Source: Malacoraja senta (taxonomy: Eukaryota). Taken from it: a stretch of 64,000 nucleotides of DNA. The stretch covers positions 62,001 through 126,000 of the forward strand of contig JAXLNO010000309.1 of NCBI GenBank assembly GCA_038087875.1, in the 5' to 3' direction. Position numbers and translations under genes: made by a program. A model generated the notes under the pieces. It saw nothing but the letters and a program-made list of their open reading frames with translations. It was not told where the DNA came from and searched no databases. Shown here one piece after another: positions 38,399 to 51,247 of this stretch (positions within the stretch are counted from its first letter, which is position 1; each line of letters starts with the position of its first letter).

Positions 38399-40878
38399 AT
38401 GGGGCGGGCTCCGATTCTATACGTGAAGGAGATCTCCTATCCAATTCTGGCGGTGTTTGGAATCCCTGGTAAGTCCGGGCACATCGTTCAACGTGTGTCT
38501 GCGGTGTCTCAACGTTACCGCGCGTTCTGTGTTGCGATGCGGAAACAAAGAACTGCCTATGCTGATTTACAATAATTTATTTCCAGTTGTGCGGGACTAA
38601 CGCAGCGGGTCAGGGGAAGCTCTGGAACACATGGATGTCCACAGATGCTGTTGACCCGCGGAGTTACTCCAGCACTTTATTTCTTCTTTGTTTTTCTAAT
38701 CCAGCATCTCCAGTATCTTGTTTCTACATTTCACTACTCCACTACGAAATTTCTTCAAGCTATGCAACATTCAAAATATCATCCCTGAGGACAGTTCTGT
38801 GAGACTCTCTCACTGCTCCCCGTCTGGGTTTGCTGCTGCTCTCCCGCTCATGTATAGGAAGTGCCCCAACTCGAATCGTCACCTTCCCATGTTCTCCTGA
38901 GATGCTGCCTGGCCCGCCGTGTTATTCCAGCACTTTGAGATTCTGTGATTTTGTGACTTTGTGATCTGTATTCTGATATCGATTTTGTCAGTTCCTTCCT
39001 CTATCTGTTGCCACTTGCATTCGCAGTCTCACTGCCTCCTTAGCGCTGTGTCTTTTCGCCTTCGCTTTGCCTGCCTTACAAGAACTTCCACGTTCTCAAC
39101 TCCGCTTGAAGGGGAAAATTGGATTATATCTCTTAGTCTCATTCATTTTGTGCAAAATATCCTCGCCCGTATCTCGCGAATTTCTCCTGCTTCGGCAAAG
39201 AAACTTTGACAAGCTCCTGACCGTCGAGTTCTGCGGCGCTGGGGAACGGCCTGACTCCCGCTGCTGGAGTTTGATCCGATCGATCCCTGTGCCTAATAGA
39301 ACCCCGTCCTGGCAACGTAAAGACCCTTACGCTTGATGCCGAGAGATATTTGGTAATAAGCGCAGACAGCGTATCCAATACCCACACAAGTGGTATTAAT
39401 GACAGCATCCACTCTGATAGAGCAGGAAGGTCTATTCTATGTTGTAACTTCTGAGCTCCCAATTTCACGACTCTTTAAGAACCACAGACTCCCAGGAACC
39501 GAAGGGCAATAGTCTAAATGGCCAATGTAATAGAATACAGAACATACATCAAAGAACATACAATAAACTGTTCAGCGTAGGAACAGGACCTTCGGCTTAC
39601 AATGTCCATGCCGACGTGATGGCAAGTTAAACTAATCTCAAATACCTGATCCATATCCCCAACTCCCTGCTTACTCATGATTCAAACTGAAAACTTCTCC
39701 AAATAGACTTTCTAATCTGTTTCCACCGCCAATCCTGGCAGCGCATTCTAGGCATTCTCCACCCTCAATGTTCATAACGTTTTAGAGAGTGATAATGTTT
39801 TAAAGCACATTTACAAGGGAAGTTTTCATTTACACGGAGAGTGCTGGGTGCCTGGAACACGCTGCCAAGGTGGAGGCAAATGCATTGTTTTCTCTCCAAC
39901 TAAACCTCTTTCCTCCACTGTTGCACATGACGGAACATTAATTAGTTATTTCCCTCCACTTTGTTCTTCCACAGCGAACGTGCTGACGGCTGCGATCCTG
40001 TGCCGGGGAAAGTGCGGTCTCACTAAAGGAATCACCCGTTACATGGTGGCGATGGCAATGGCCGACCTGCTGGTGGTCATCTCCACGTGTTACTCAGGGA
40101 AATCTACATTTACCACAACCCTTATTCCTTCCTCTCCCTCAGCACAGTGTGCCCTTCATACGTACACTTGCGGGTCGCCACCCTGGACTATTCCGTCTGG
40201 TTAACCGTGTCCTTCACTTTTGATCGTTTTGTCAGCATCTGCTGCCCGAAGCTCAGACTCACGTATTGCACGGATAAGACGGCCGCCGTGGTCATTGTGT
40301 CCTTGTGCGCATTGAGCTGTTTAAAGTACATCCCCTTTCACTTCATGTACGAGCCACGGTTCACCATGGACAATGTGAAATGGGGGTGCTGGCCCAAAGC
40401 CGTGTACTTCACTTCCATCGACTGGGTAGCTTTCACCTGGCTATGTAGCGCCTCATCTCTCCTTACTCCCCTTTGGTCTTATCATACATCTGAACGGGCT
40501 GACGGTCCGGAACATCGTAGCAGCCAGCAGATTCCGCCGGCGCCTGAAGTCACTGGAAGGCAAGGACAGCGAGGCGGGAGAATCGGCGCAATGCCATCGT
40601 TTTACTCTTCACCGTGTCCGGCACCTCCATATTACTCTGGACGACGGCTACAGTGGCTTTGATCTGCACTCGAGTCACCGTCAATTTCGTTGGCGCGGAT
40701 CTCACGAGCCCCTCGACCATCGCCAACGAAGTAGGAATCTTACTTATTCGGGTCAGCTGTTGCGCGAACACCTATATCTATGCAATGACCCAAAGCAGGT
40801 TTAGAGAGCAGCTGAAGAACGGGATTAAGATTCTAACTCGTGTCATTATTAACCCCATTGAAACAGGCGAAGCAGTGA
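38399..40878 (+). pseudogene. GPR139/142-like GPCR copy 5 (subtype B). Exons 38399-38468 and 39975-40878, with about four single-base frameshifts.
   Basis: Exon 1 MGRAPILYVKEISYPILAVFGIP, G|GTAAGT. Acceptor ccacag|CG AAC GTG. Indels near 40082, 40455, 40576 and 40860 split the receptor over ORFs 39848-40204, 40087-40662 and 40614-41159. Confidence 0.85.
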
Positions 40879-43085
40879 GCCGTGGGTTGGAATTTGATTT
40901 TGACGTCTCTATTTTCTCTATTCCACTCACCAAAGTTCACCATTCTGTGGAAGCCCCCGATCCGGCACATTACATGTCAATTCCATCTACAGATGGTGCC
41001 TGTTCACGTTCAGTTCGTTCCACACGTTATGTTTTGCTCAAGATCCTTGTGTTTCTATTCTGTGTCCCAGTTCTGGCTGGAGCGGTTTCGCTGAACAGGA
41101 GACTGAATAACATTGACCCGGGAATATGGACAAAGCGTGTGCCACCGCATCACGGATAACAACTTGGTCATCGGCAGAACATAAACGGAGTGTTGGAGGA
41201 ACTCAGCGGAACGGGCAGCATTGACCAATTATCAGAGGCATGGATATGGTTGTCTAGATAGAGGATAGACGCAAAATGCTTGAGTAAGCCAGTGGGACAG
41301 GCAGCATCTCTGGAAAGAAAGGAATGGGTAACATTTCGGGTTCGAGACCCTTCTTCAGACTCAGTACTCCAGCATTTTGTGTCTATCTTCGATTTAAACC
41401 AGCATCTGCAGTTCTTTCAGACACATTTTGTCAACCCATTCCTTCTTTCCAGAGTTACTGCAGATTTGTGTGTCTATCATCGATTTAACCCAGCGTCTGT
41501 AGTTCTTTCCTACACAAGGACTAGATGATATAGCTTGAAGGTGAGGGGGGGGGGTTAAAGCAGATCTGTGGAGCAGGCTTTTTACATGGATGGTGGTGGT
41601 GACAGGAACGCGCTTGGCAGGGGGAGTGATGGAGGTATAAATGATGGCACATGGATGTGCAGGGAACGAAAGGATAGGCACATGAATGTGCAGGGAACAA
41701 AAGGATGCGGATCATGTGCAGATAGAAAAAGATTGGTTCAACCAGGCATCATGCTCGGCGCGGATATTGTGGCCCGATCGCCCATTTCCTGCACTGTTGC
41801 TGTTCTATGTTTTATCCCTCGGTCATAAATGCAAACAATCCGTGCGGTTTTATTTTTCAGCCCGACCCACATTGGCGGTCATCAATATAAATCCCACGGC
41901 TCCTCACGATACCTGACCGTTTACCCGCCGCACCTTGCCTCGTTTGTTCCTCTGTCCAGACTAAGTGCGTATCCAAATAGATGTGTTGGCCTCAAGCAGT
42001 GTTTAGAATTAAGTTAATGTAGTTTACCATCATGATTGAGCAAAACACAAAATACCGGAGTAATTCAGTGGACAAAGCAGAATTCGTGGAGCGAAATGAT
42101 CGGTGAATAAAAGTTGTAGTTAAGCTTAAAAATACTGAATCGAAACCCCAAACTACCCATTTTAGAATTGAAGTCCGTATCCGATTTGTCACTGCTTGGT
42201 GATAAAGAACACAATGACAGGAATGGTCAAGCTACAAAAGATACGCGACTTCCTGCCGTTGAAGAGACTTCCGACAGACTGATCAGAGCGGGGGTGGAGG
42301 GGGGGGGGAAATCCACTGGTTCAAGCGTGGAACAGCTGGCGGATTACGTTCGCCGGCGGGATGATATCACCCTCATGATTTCGCCAAACGCAAAGTGATG
42401 TACTAACAAAGTGATCGCGGAGCATCTGCGGGGGCAATGAATAGGCGACATTTCCATTTGAGATCCGTCTTCAGTCTCTTTATTCGGCTAGCTCGTCTAA
42501 AGGAAGAATATAATAAAACGAATTTACATTTCAATTTAATGATATTTTCTTTATCTTGAAAAAGCTTTATTTTTTTCTTATTGCTTAAAGCAGATGATTA
42601 GTGATACTGATTGATACTTCCTTCCAATGCTAATGTTGGATGTCCATGCCTGGGATGGTGATCACTGCTTTGGAAGTGACAGCGCTAAACAAACCTGCCA
42701 ATTCTAACCCACTGTCACCTCACCTCGGATATCTTAATTGGAGGCGTCTGTTCGGACTTCGTGGACTTCTGTAAGGAATTTGACACGTCCCACATGGGAG
42801 AATGGTTCAAAGGATGAGATCCAGTGAATACATCGCCACGAGGAATATTGGCTTGTTAGATAGTTGGGTGAAAGGTTGGGGGGTGGGGGGGGGGGTATGA
42901 TGATTGTGGTGGTTTGTGTTTTGCGACTAGAAGTCTGTGACGACCGGGTTACGGCAGGGATCGGCGTTGAGACTGGTGTTTGCGATTTCCATTCACAAAC
43001 TAAATACGAACATCGGAAGCATAATTAGCTAATTCGCGATGGCAAGGATACTGAGACGGAGAATCGGCGTAAGTCTATTGCCTTA

Positions 43086-43251
43086 TGCCCCTGTCCCACT
43101 TAGGAAACCTCAACGGAAACCTCTGGTGACCTTGGGCCCCACCCAAGGTTTCCATGAGTCGCCAGAGGTATTGGTCACTCGCTTCGAAAGCCTCGACCGA
43201 ACCGTGAGCTGCATCTACTGAGCAAAGATCTTATAGGATCATTGCTACCGA

Positions 43252-43316
<65 letters not shown>

Positions 43317-43326
43317 CACACACACA

Positions 43327-43358
<32 letters not shown>

Positions 43359-43382
43359 CCCACCCACGCACGCACGCACACA

Positions 43383-43479
<97 letters not shown>

Positions 43480-44118
43480 CGCGAAGGTGGTGGTCAGGGA
43501 CAGCGGAAAAGCGCGGTCTGCGCGGTGAACAGGAAGGTAAACGGCTGCCACATAGCACGGTAAGTCCTTTAGAGAGCGCGGGAGGGGGGGAGAGAAGGGG
43601 AGAGAAGGGGAAAGAAGGAGCGAGAAGGGGAGAGAGAATGGGAAGAGCAGGGGGAGAGAAGGGGACAGAAGGAGAGAGAGAAGGGGGGAGAAAGGGAGAG
43701 AAGGGGGCGAGAAGGGGGAGAAGGGGAGAGAAGGGGGGAGAAGGAGTGGAGACTGTTTTAAGAAGCTTAATAAAGTTTAGCGGGCATTTTCCCTTCCGGC
43801 GGATCTTCTAGGTCCTTAAAACTCCAATGAGTTAAATAAAAATGGTCGGTCAGCGAAGGAGATTGCCTTCGACTGCCTGTAAGGAAATAGCGACCCCACT
43901 TCACTGGCTTCGACCAGACGGCAACTTATTTTTAGTCGAGGCCGGTTTAAATTTTGTTGAAATAATCGAAGGAACATAGAAGAAGCATAGACCACGCTGA
44001 AACCACTTTCGACCATTAGGGAGAGTGACCAAAACCTCCGGAAACCTCATGGAAACCTTGGTTGGGGCGCAAGGTCACCAGAGGTTTCCGTTCAGGTTTC
44101 CAAAGTGGGACAGGGGCA
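43086..44118. mobile_element. PIF/Harbinger-type non-autonomous element (about 1.03 kb)
   Basis: TIRs of about 70-95 bp beginning TGCCCCTGTCCCACTT(A/T)GGAAACCT, with TTA on both flanks (43083-43085 and 44119-44121). Confidence 0.9.
43253..43478. repeat. Compound (CA)n/(CACG)n microsatellite inside the MITE
   Basis: Directly visible. Confidence 0.95.
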
Positions 44119-44999
44119 TTAATGTGGACGACGGGAGCGAAGATTTGCTTCAGTACCCGAACTACTATTAATTTTGTGGGCTTGGATCTCACAAGCCCCT
44201 CGAATATCACCAATGAGGTGTGGGTCTTGCTCATTCGCGTCAGCTCCTGCGCCAATACTTGTATCTATGCAATGACCCAAAGCACATACAGACAGGAGCT
44301 GAAGAACGGGATGGAAATTATTTTTCATTTTTTTAAGAAACCCACTAAACGTGCGCGGCAGTGAGCCGAATATTAGTGTTCGAATATAACGCCGCTATTC
44401 TGTATATTTCCTTCACTTATACGCACTATCACGTGTTTTCAGTTCCGTCCAGAGCGGACTCGTTGAACCGCATATCATACATCATAGCGTTTTATTCCGA
44501 CCCATAACGATCAGAGGACATGAACAACAAAGCCTCTTTCAGCATATGTCCGCTGCATCTTGCCCCGCTGAGGGTGTGGACACGATCTCCCAACAGCACT
44601 GATTTAATGCGCACTTTCTCTGTTTCTATAATATTGTAACAATGTAACATTATTTCCGCCGCTCTGGATATCTTTCCCTTAGCAATACCTGTTGTATTTG
44701 TCTTTGGTTTGATTGTAGTCATGAATGGTATGATATAACCAGATGCCACGCAAACATGTATCCCGTGACGATAATAAACCAATGCCAAAACCAATTTCTC
44801 GCCTCGGGCTGGGTGCTGCACTGAAACATAACCAATAGCATCGAAATATATTTCCAATTAAAATCAATGCACATTATAATAAGGTAGACAGATTCTTCGC
44901 AAATTGGAAGGGTCCGTGACTGTTGTGTCCGTGGTCGAGGGTTTTGCGGACCAGCGACCACTGTTCTATTAGCGTTAAGATAAGTATGGGTAAAGATAT

Positions 45000-46657
45000 G
45001 GCGGGCCCGCGAGTTAAAATTCTGCATTGGGGAAAGCTCACCTTTGATGGTAGTCACAGACAGGAACTCGCACAAGATGATCTGACTAGGTTTATAACAC
45101 CAAAGGAACGTCCATATAGTGGGATACTTTAACGGTGTGGTGATTGTTCAGGGCATGCATGTTCCTGTTAGACTCAACAGCAAGACAGGTGAGCATAAAC
45201 ATGAGTGATGTGAGAAATTGAGGCTCTGGTCAGGAGAAAGGAAGGAGACATGGGACGGGTATAGGGAACTGGCATAATGTGTATACCTGAAGGAGATTTG
45301 GAATTTGATGAACACACTTTAGTAAGAAATTACGAGGGCAAAAAGGGACAGGGGATAACGCTAGCAGATAATATCAGGCAACATCCAAAGAGAATGTGTG
45401 TACATTAAGGGGAAAATGGTAACTAGAGAGAGAATAGGGTCTCACAGAAACCAAACCAGAGATGGCAATATCCTCAATTAGTATTTGTCCTCTGTTTTTA
45501 CCGTGGAGAAAGGCGCAACTGTAAATCTTGGGGTAGTGTCTGGCAGTGTCCTGGGACAGTCGATATTACTGTCAAGGAGTTGCTAAGGCGTCTGAAGGTA
45601 GACATATCTTCTGAATTTGATCATATATATCCGTGGACGTTGTCAGAAGCCAGAGATGAAATTGCAGGCACATGCATATGTACAACACTTGTACATCACA
45701 TGTACATCATAATTAAAGACGGATGATGTGCCCGAAGACTGGTGGCTAATGTATCGTAATTTAAGAAGGACTGCAAGGAAAAGCCTGGAGACAATAGTCA
45801 AGTTAGCCTAACATCTGCGGCCGGCAAGTAACTGGAGAGCATTCTGAGGGATAAGATCTGTATGCATTTAGGTAGATAGAGGTGTTTAGGGATAGTCAAC
45901 GTGGTGTTGTACGTGGGACACCGTGTTTCACGAATCCTGTTGACTTTTGTGAAGATATAACCAAAACACGTAACGAGCACGGAGCTGTGGACGTTATCAT
46001 TCTGAATTTCAGCAAGGCTGTTGATGAGGTTATGTGTGGAAGTAGATCGCATAGACTCCATGGATAGCTTTCCGACTGGATAGATAATTAGCATCATGGA
46101 AAAAGAAACAGAGGGTGATGGCGAAAAGTTGTTTTCCGGACTACAGTCCTGTGACAGTGGTGTGAGTCGGGGATCGATGCTGCGCCCAAAGCTCTTTATT
46201 GTGTGGGTGAGATTTGGACGAATATGTTGTATAATGCAGAAAAAAGCGAAGTGTTGCATTTTGCGAATCCAAACCAGGACAGGGACTTGAGAATGAATGA
46301 CCGGGCTCCAGGGCATGTTGAGTTACAGACGGATCAAGGGGTGCATGTACTAGTTCCTAGAAAGTGCCGCCACAGGTAAATAGAATGGACAAGAAGTATT
46401 CACGCACAGTGGTCTTCATCCGTCAGGGCATTGAGTATAGATGCTTGAATGTTTTTTTACAGTGATTAGATCACTTTTGGAGTATCGTGTTCAGTTCTCA
46501 CCATCCTCCTACAGGAAAGATGGCGTTAAGAAGGAAATAATTCAGAGATGATTTACAAAGATGTTAGCTGATCTTAACGCCTCAGCTATTGGGAGAGGTT
46601 GGGCAGGCCAGGGCTGTAGTCCTTGCAGCACAGAAGGATGAAGAGCAATCTTGTAGT
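45000..46657 (+). mobile_element. Old degenerate CR1 (paralog of 35240-36985), interrupted at 46657 and resuming near 63403
   Basis: Collinear DNA similarity to the copy-4 flank. Confidence 0.75.
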
Positions 46658-46860
46658 CTATATTACTAAAAGTCTGATCTTGAGCGCTTTTGGCTCACTG
46701 TGCTGTGATTTCCGAGAGAACACCGCCACCTACGGCCGTCATTTTTGGCTAGAATCGGTGGGGCGACATGTTGGAGTAGTCGCACTTTTCCACGCTCCCG
46801 ACCTTTTCACCTCCAACTAACCAGGCCGACTCGGGCAGGGAGGACTAACCAGTGACAGCC

Positions 46861-47577
46861 ATGCCTCCGAAGAAGGCAATAACAGCGGAGGAAGGCGAAG
46901 AAATAAAAAGAGCGCTGGATTTTATGACGGAGGAGATTTCTGCTGTCAAACAACAGCAGAAAGCCATCCTCGACCTGGTGGCGGAGGTAAAGGCTCTCCG
47001 GATCCAGAGCGCCGAAAAGGACCGGCGACTGGTGTTCCTGGAGAGCAGAGTTGCGGACCTGGAGCAGTACACCAGAGCGAATAACGTTATCATTACCGGG
47101 CTCAGTATAAAGCCCCGGTCATACGCACGGGCGGTGACTGACGACAGCGGGGGGGAGCCCGGGGCAATGGATACAAGCTCCACGGAGCAACAGGTGGCGG
47201 CCTTCCTGCAGTCAAAAGGAATACACTTGGACTGCGATAACATCGAGGCTTGTCACCCCCTGCCCAGGAGAAAATCCAAAGAGGATAAAAATAGCGATGA
47301 CAAACCAGCCATCATAATAAGGTTTGTCAACAGGAAATATAAAGTTAGTCTCCTAAAACAAGGAAGACAGTTGAAGGGAACAAAAGTATTTATGAATGAA
47401 CACCTAACAAAACGAAATGCCGACATAGCCCGACAAGCACGATATCTTAAGAAACAGAAAAAAATACTAAATACCTGGACTGCAAACTGTAAAATCTTTA
47501 TTAAATTAAATGGAACACCAGAGGAAGCCAAAGTGCTGGTCATTAGAGATATTGCAGACCTGGACAAATACCAATGA
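46861..47577 (+). CDS. LINE ORF1 protein (coiled coil + RRM-like region), intact
   Basis: MPPKK...DLEQYTRANNVIITGL...IEACHPL...IIIRFVNR...FMNEHLTKRN...TWTANCKIFIK. Confidence 0.85.
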   Translation: MPPKKAITAEEGEEIKRALDFMTEEISAVKQQQKAILDLVAEVKALRIQSAEKDRRLVFLESRVADLEQYTRANNVIITGLSIKPRSYARAVTDDSGGEPGAMDTSSTEQQVAAFLQSKGIHLDCDNIEACHPLPRRKSKEDKNSDDKPAIIIRFVNRKYKVSLLKQGRQLKGTKVFMNEHLTKRNADIARQARYLKKQKKILNTWTANCKIFIKLNGTPEEAKVLVIRDIADLDKYQ

Positions 47578-47622
47578 TCATAAAACGGGATTGTGAGGTG
47601 AAATTTATTTACACACGCAACT

Positions 47623-50600
47623 ATGGCATACACTGAAGGAATTCAGTCATTTACATCTGAAAATGGCAGTCAAGTAATTAAAATAATAAGCGAAAAGAAA
47701 CAACTGAAGTTACAACCATTTGAATATACCGATCACAATTTACAGGATTTGGAATACGATATAGACCCGGACAATAATTTTTACTTTAATTCTGACGACA
47801 AAAATATCTGCTGCTACTACACAGAGGAACAGTATAATCAGAATATTAATGCAAAAGGCAAATTATCTATTATCCACTTTAATAGCAGGAGCCTCTATGC
47901 GAATTTCAATAGTATTAAAGAGTATTTACAATTTTTTTTACAGCCATTCAATGTCATCGCAATATCTGAACCATGGATTAATCAGGAAAAGGGAATTGAT
48001 TTTGAGATGGACGGATATGATTTCAATTACATCAATAGAAAAAATAAGGGGGGAGGAGGGGTAGCACTATATGTGGATACAACTCTGAATTATAAGGTAG
48101 TAGATAATATGACAACTGTGGTTGACAATTTGCATGAATGTATAACTATAGAAATAATTAATGGTGGAAATAAAAATGTAATCATTAGTTGTATATATAG
48201 GGCACCGGGGTCAAGTATTGAAATCTTCAGGGGCTGGATGGAGAGTATGTTTTCAACAACAAGTAGTAAATCAGTGTTTTTATGTGGAGATTTCAATATT
48301 GACCTACTAAATCCTAATCAACACAACCTTACAGAAGATTTTATTAATACTATGTACAGCATGAGTCTATTTCCTAAAATCACTAGACCGAGTAGAATTA
48401 CTTCCCATTGCGCTACACTCATTGACAATATATTTAATAATGATGTGGAAAATAAAATAGTAAGTGGATTATTAATTAATGATATAAGTGACCATCTGCC
48501 AGTTTTTATAGTTTATGATAATATCCACAGGAACAACAAACCAAACAAATTAATAGAATATAGACGAGTGAGATCGGAGGAAGCTATCAATGCACTAAAA
48601 AATGAGCTATTGGCACAAAACTGGGATATAATATACCAAAAAAGAGACATTGACAGTGCTTATGAAACATTTATTGCTATGTTTAAGTCATTATATGATA
48701 AAAAATTGTCCAATTAAAGAATATAATAGAAAATCAAAATATACTAAATGTCCATGGATTACAAAGGGATTACAAAATGCTTGTAAAAAAAAAAACAGCC
48801 CTATACAGAGATTTTATAAGAGAGAGAACTAAAGATACAGAAAATAAATATAAAAAGTATAAAAATAAATTAACTTACATCATAAGAGAAAGCAAGAAAG
48901 ATTATTATAAGAAGAAATTAGATGACAATAAAGACAATATAAAAAGAATATGGAGCATACTTAATAGCATTATCAGAAATGGTCCAGGGAGAACAAATTA
49001 CCCGAAGTATTTTATTGATAAGGATAAGGAAAATTACAATATGGAAGATATAGCTAATAGCTTTAATAATTTTTTTGTAAATATTGTACCAGACCTGGCT
49101 AAACAAATCCCTGATTCAGGGACATCTGGAGAAACTCCTGAGAATTTAGTGGAGAGAAATCCCTGCTCTATGTTTCTTACAGCAGTAGAAGAAAAAGAAC
49201 TGTTGGATATTGTCAAAACATGTAAAAATAAAAAGTCTACCGATTTCAATGACATTGACATGTCGCTAGTTAAGATGGTCATTGAGGGGATCTCCAAACC
49301 TTTAACATTCATCTGTAATTTATCCTTCCAAACCGGTACTTTTCCAATTTAAATGAAAATAGCAAAAATAATACCAATATACAAAACTGGGAACAAGCAT
49401 CATTTTACAAACTATAGACCTGTTTCCTTACTCCCACAATTTTCCAAAATATTAGAAAAAATGTTTAATAATAGATTAGACAAATTTGTAGAAAAGAATA
49501 AATTAATCACAGAAAGTCAATATGGATTCAGAACAAATAGATCAACATCACTTGCAATACTAGAATTAATTGAAGACATCACAAACGCCATTGATAAGAA
49601 ATTATATGCAGCTGGGATATTCATTGACATTAAAAAAGCATTTGATACAATTAATCATTATATTTTATTAAAAAAATTGGAGAGGTATGGAATTAGAGGA
49701 ATAGTACTGGACTGGATTAAAAGCTACTTAAGTAACAGGCAACAGTTTGTAAATCTGGGTAGTCATAATTCTACATGCTTGGACATTGTGTGTGGTGTAC
49801 CACAGGGGTCAGTGCTGGGCCCAAAATTATTTATCATGTACATAAATGATATTTGTAATGTGTCCAATGTCTTGAGGCTGGTTTTGTTTGCAGATGATAC
49901 AAATATTTTTTGTTCTGGGGAAAATTTAAAACAGCTATTGGATAAAATAATAAAAGAAATGGGTAAATTGAAAATATGGTTTGATAGGAATAAAATTTCA
50001 TTAAATCTGAGTAAAACTAAAATAATGTTATTTGGTAATTGTAGAATAAATACACTAGTAAGTATAAAGATAAATGGGGTGGAAGTTGAAAGAGTGCATG
50101 AAAATAAATTTCTTGGGGTTATAATTGACGATAAAATAAGCTGGAAATCACATATTAAACATGTAAAATTAAAATTGTCAAAAAGTATCTCTGTATTATA
50201 CAAAGCCAAGCAAGCTCTGGATTACAAATCACTCCGTATTCTTTATTGTTCATTAATTTTACCCTACTTAAATTATTGTGCAGAAGTCTGGGGTAATAAT
50301 TATAAAAATTCGCTGCACTCATTAACCATGATGCAAAAAAGAGCAATTCGTATTATCCATAATGCTAAGTATCTGGGTCATACGAATCCATTATTTTTAG
50401 TCAAAATTATTAAAATTAGAAGATTTGGTTACATTCAAAACAGCTCAGATAATGTTTAGGGCCAAAAATAAAAATTTACCTGGAAACATTCAAAAATTAT
50501 TTAACGAGCGTGTGGGGGGTTACAATTTAAGAGGAATATTTAATTTTAAGAAACAAAAAGTCCGTACGACTAGAAAAACCTTTTGTATTTCGGTTTGTGG

Positions 50601-50718
50601 AGTAGGAGTGTGGAATAAATTGAACGGAGTATTGAAGCAATGCACAAACATGAATCATTTTAAAATGATATATAAAAAAATAATTCTCAAGGGGTACAGG
50701 GATGGAGGGGATGGTTGA
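47623..50718 (+). pseudogene. LINE ORF2 (AP endonuclease + reverse transcriptase) with three frameshifts and one stop
   Basis: HFNSRSL, CGDFNID and ISDHLP (APE); [30 protein letters not shown] and LFADD (RT). Lesions near 48700, 48790, 49350 (TAA) and about 50400. Confidence 0.9.
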
Positions 50719-51247
50719 CAAGTGGGGGTTGATGTTTATCTTGCTTTACTATTGTTTACTTATGTTTGGGTACTTCAGATATGAAGTTGTATGTACATAA
50801 TAGTTGTATGTATATATATGTCTGTAGGTATTATGGGAAATTGCCTAGGGTAGTATTATTATTAGTAATGAATTGATTTTTAAATATGGTAGAAGTGTTG
50901 GGGAAAAGGGGTGAGATTTAATAAGTTATTCTTCTTCTCACTCCTTTTCGAGCTTGTACAGACACAGAGTTGGACATTGGAACTTTGATTTTGTTCTTCT
51001 CATTGCTTTGTAAATATTGATTGTAATGTCCAATTGTTTGATAATTTCGATTTTGTTAATATTAATGTCTTTAATGTCTTTACTTGTTCGGAATAAATAA
51101 ATAAAATAAAAAAAATAAAAAATAGCTCGCTCAGAGCCCCCCTCCACCTTCCTGGACCAGAGGATTTTTCCCATCGATGAAAAATCAGAGAAATATTAAT
51201 GTTTTTTAAAACATCGACATTCTCTCTTCTGCCCCCAGAAGTGTCGT

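Larger units (their letters stand above)
43038..44364 (+). pseudogene. 5'-truncated GPR139/142-like GPCR copy 6 (subtype A; ICL3 to C-terminus only), split by a MITE
   Basis: 43038-43085 encodes DGKDTETENRRKSIAL. 44119-44364 encodes LMWTTGA...SSCANTCIYAMTQS...KPTKRARQ*. The 3' flank parallels that of copy 4. Confidence 0.85.
46753..51122 (+). mobile_element. Near full-length Crack/CR1-group (L2-related) LINE
   Basis: ORF1 + APE-RT ORF2, 3' UTR and A-rich tail (51092-51122). Possible short TAG duplication at the flanks. Confidence 0.9.
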
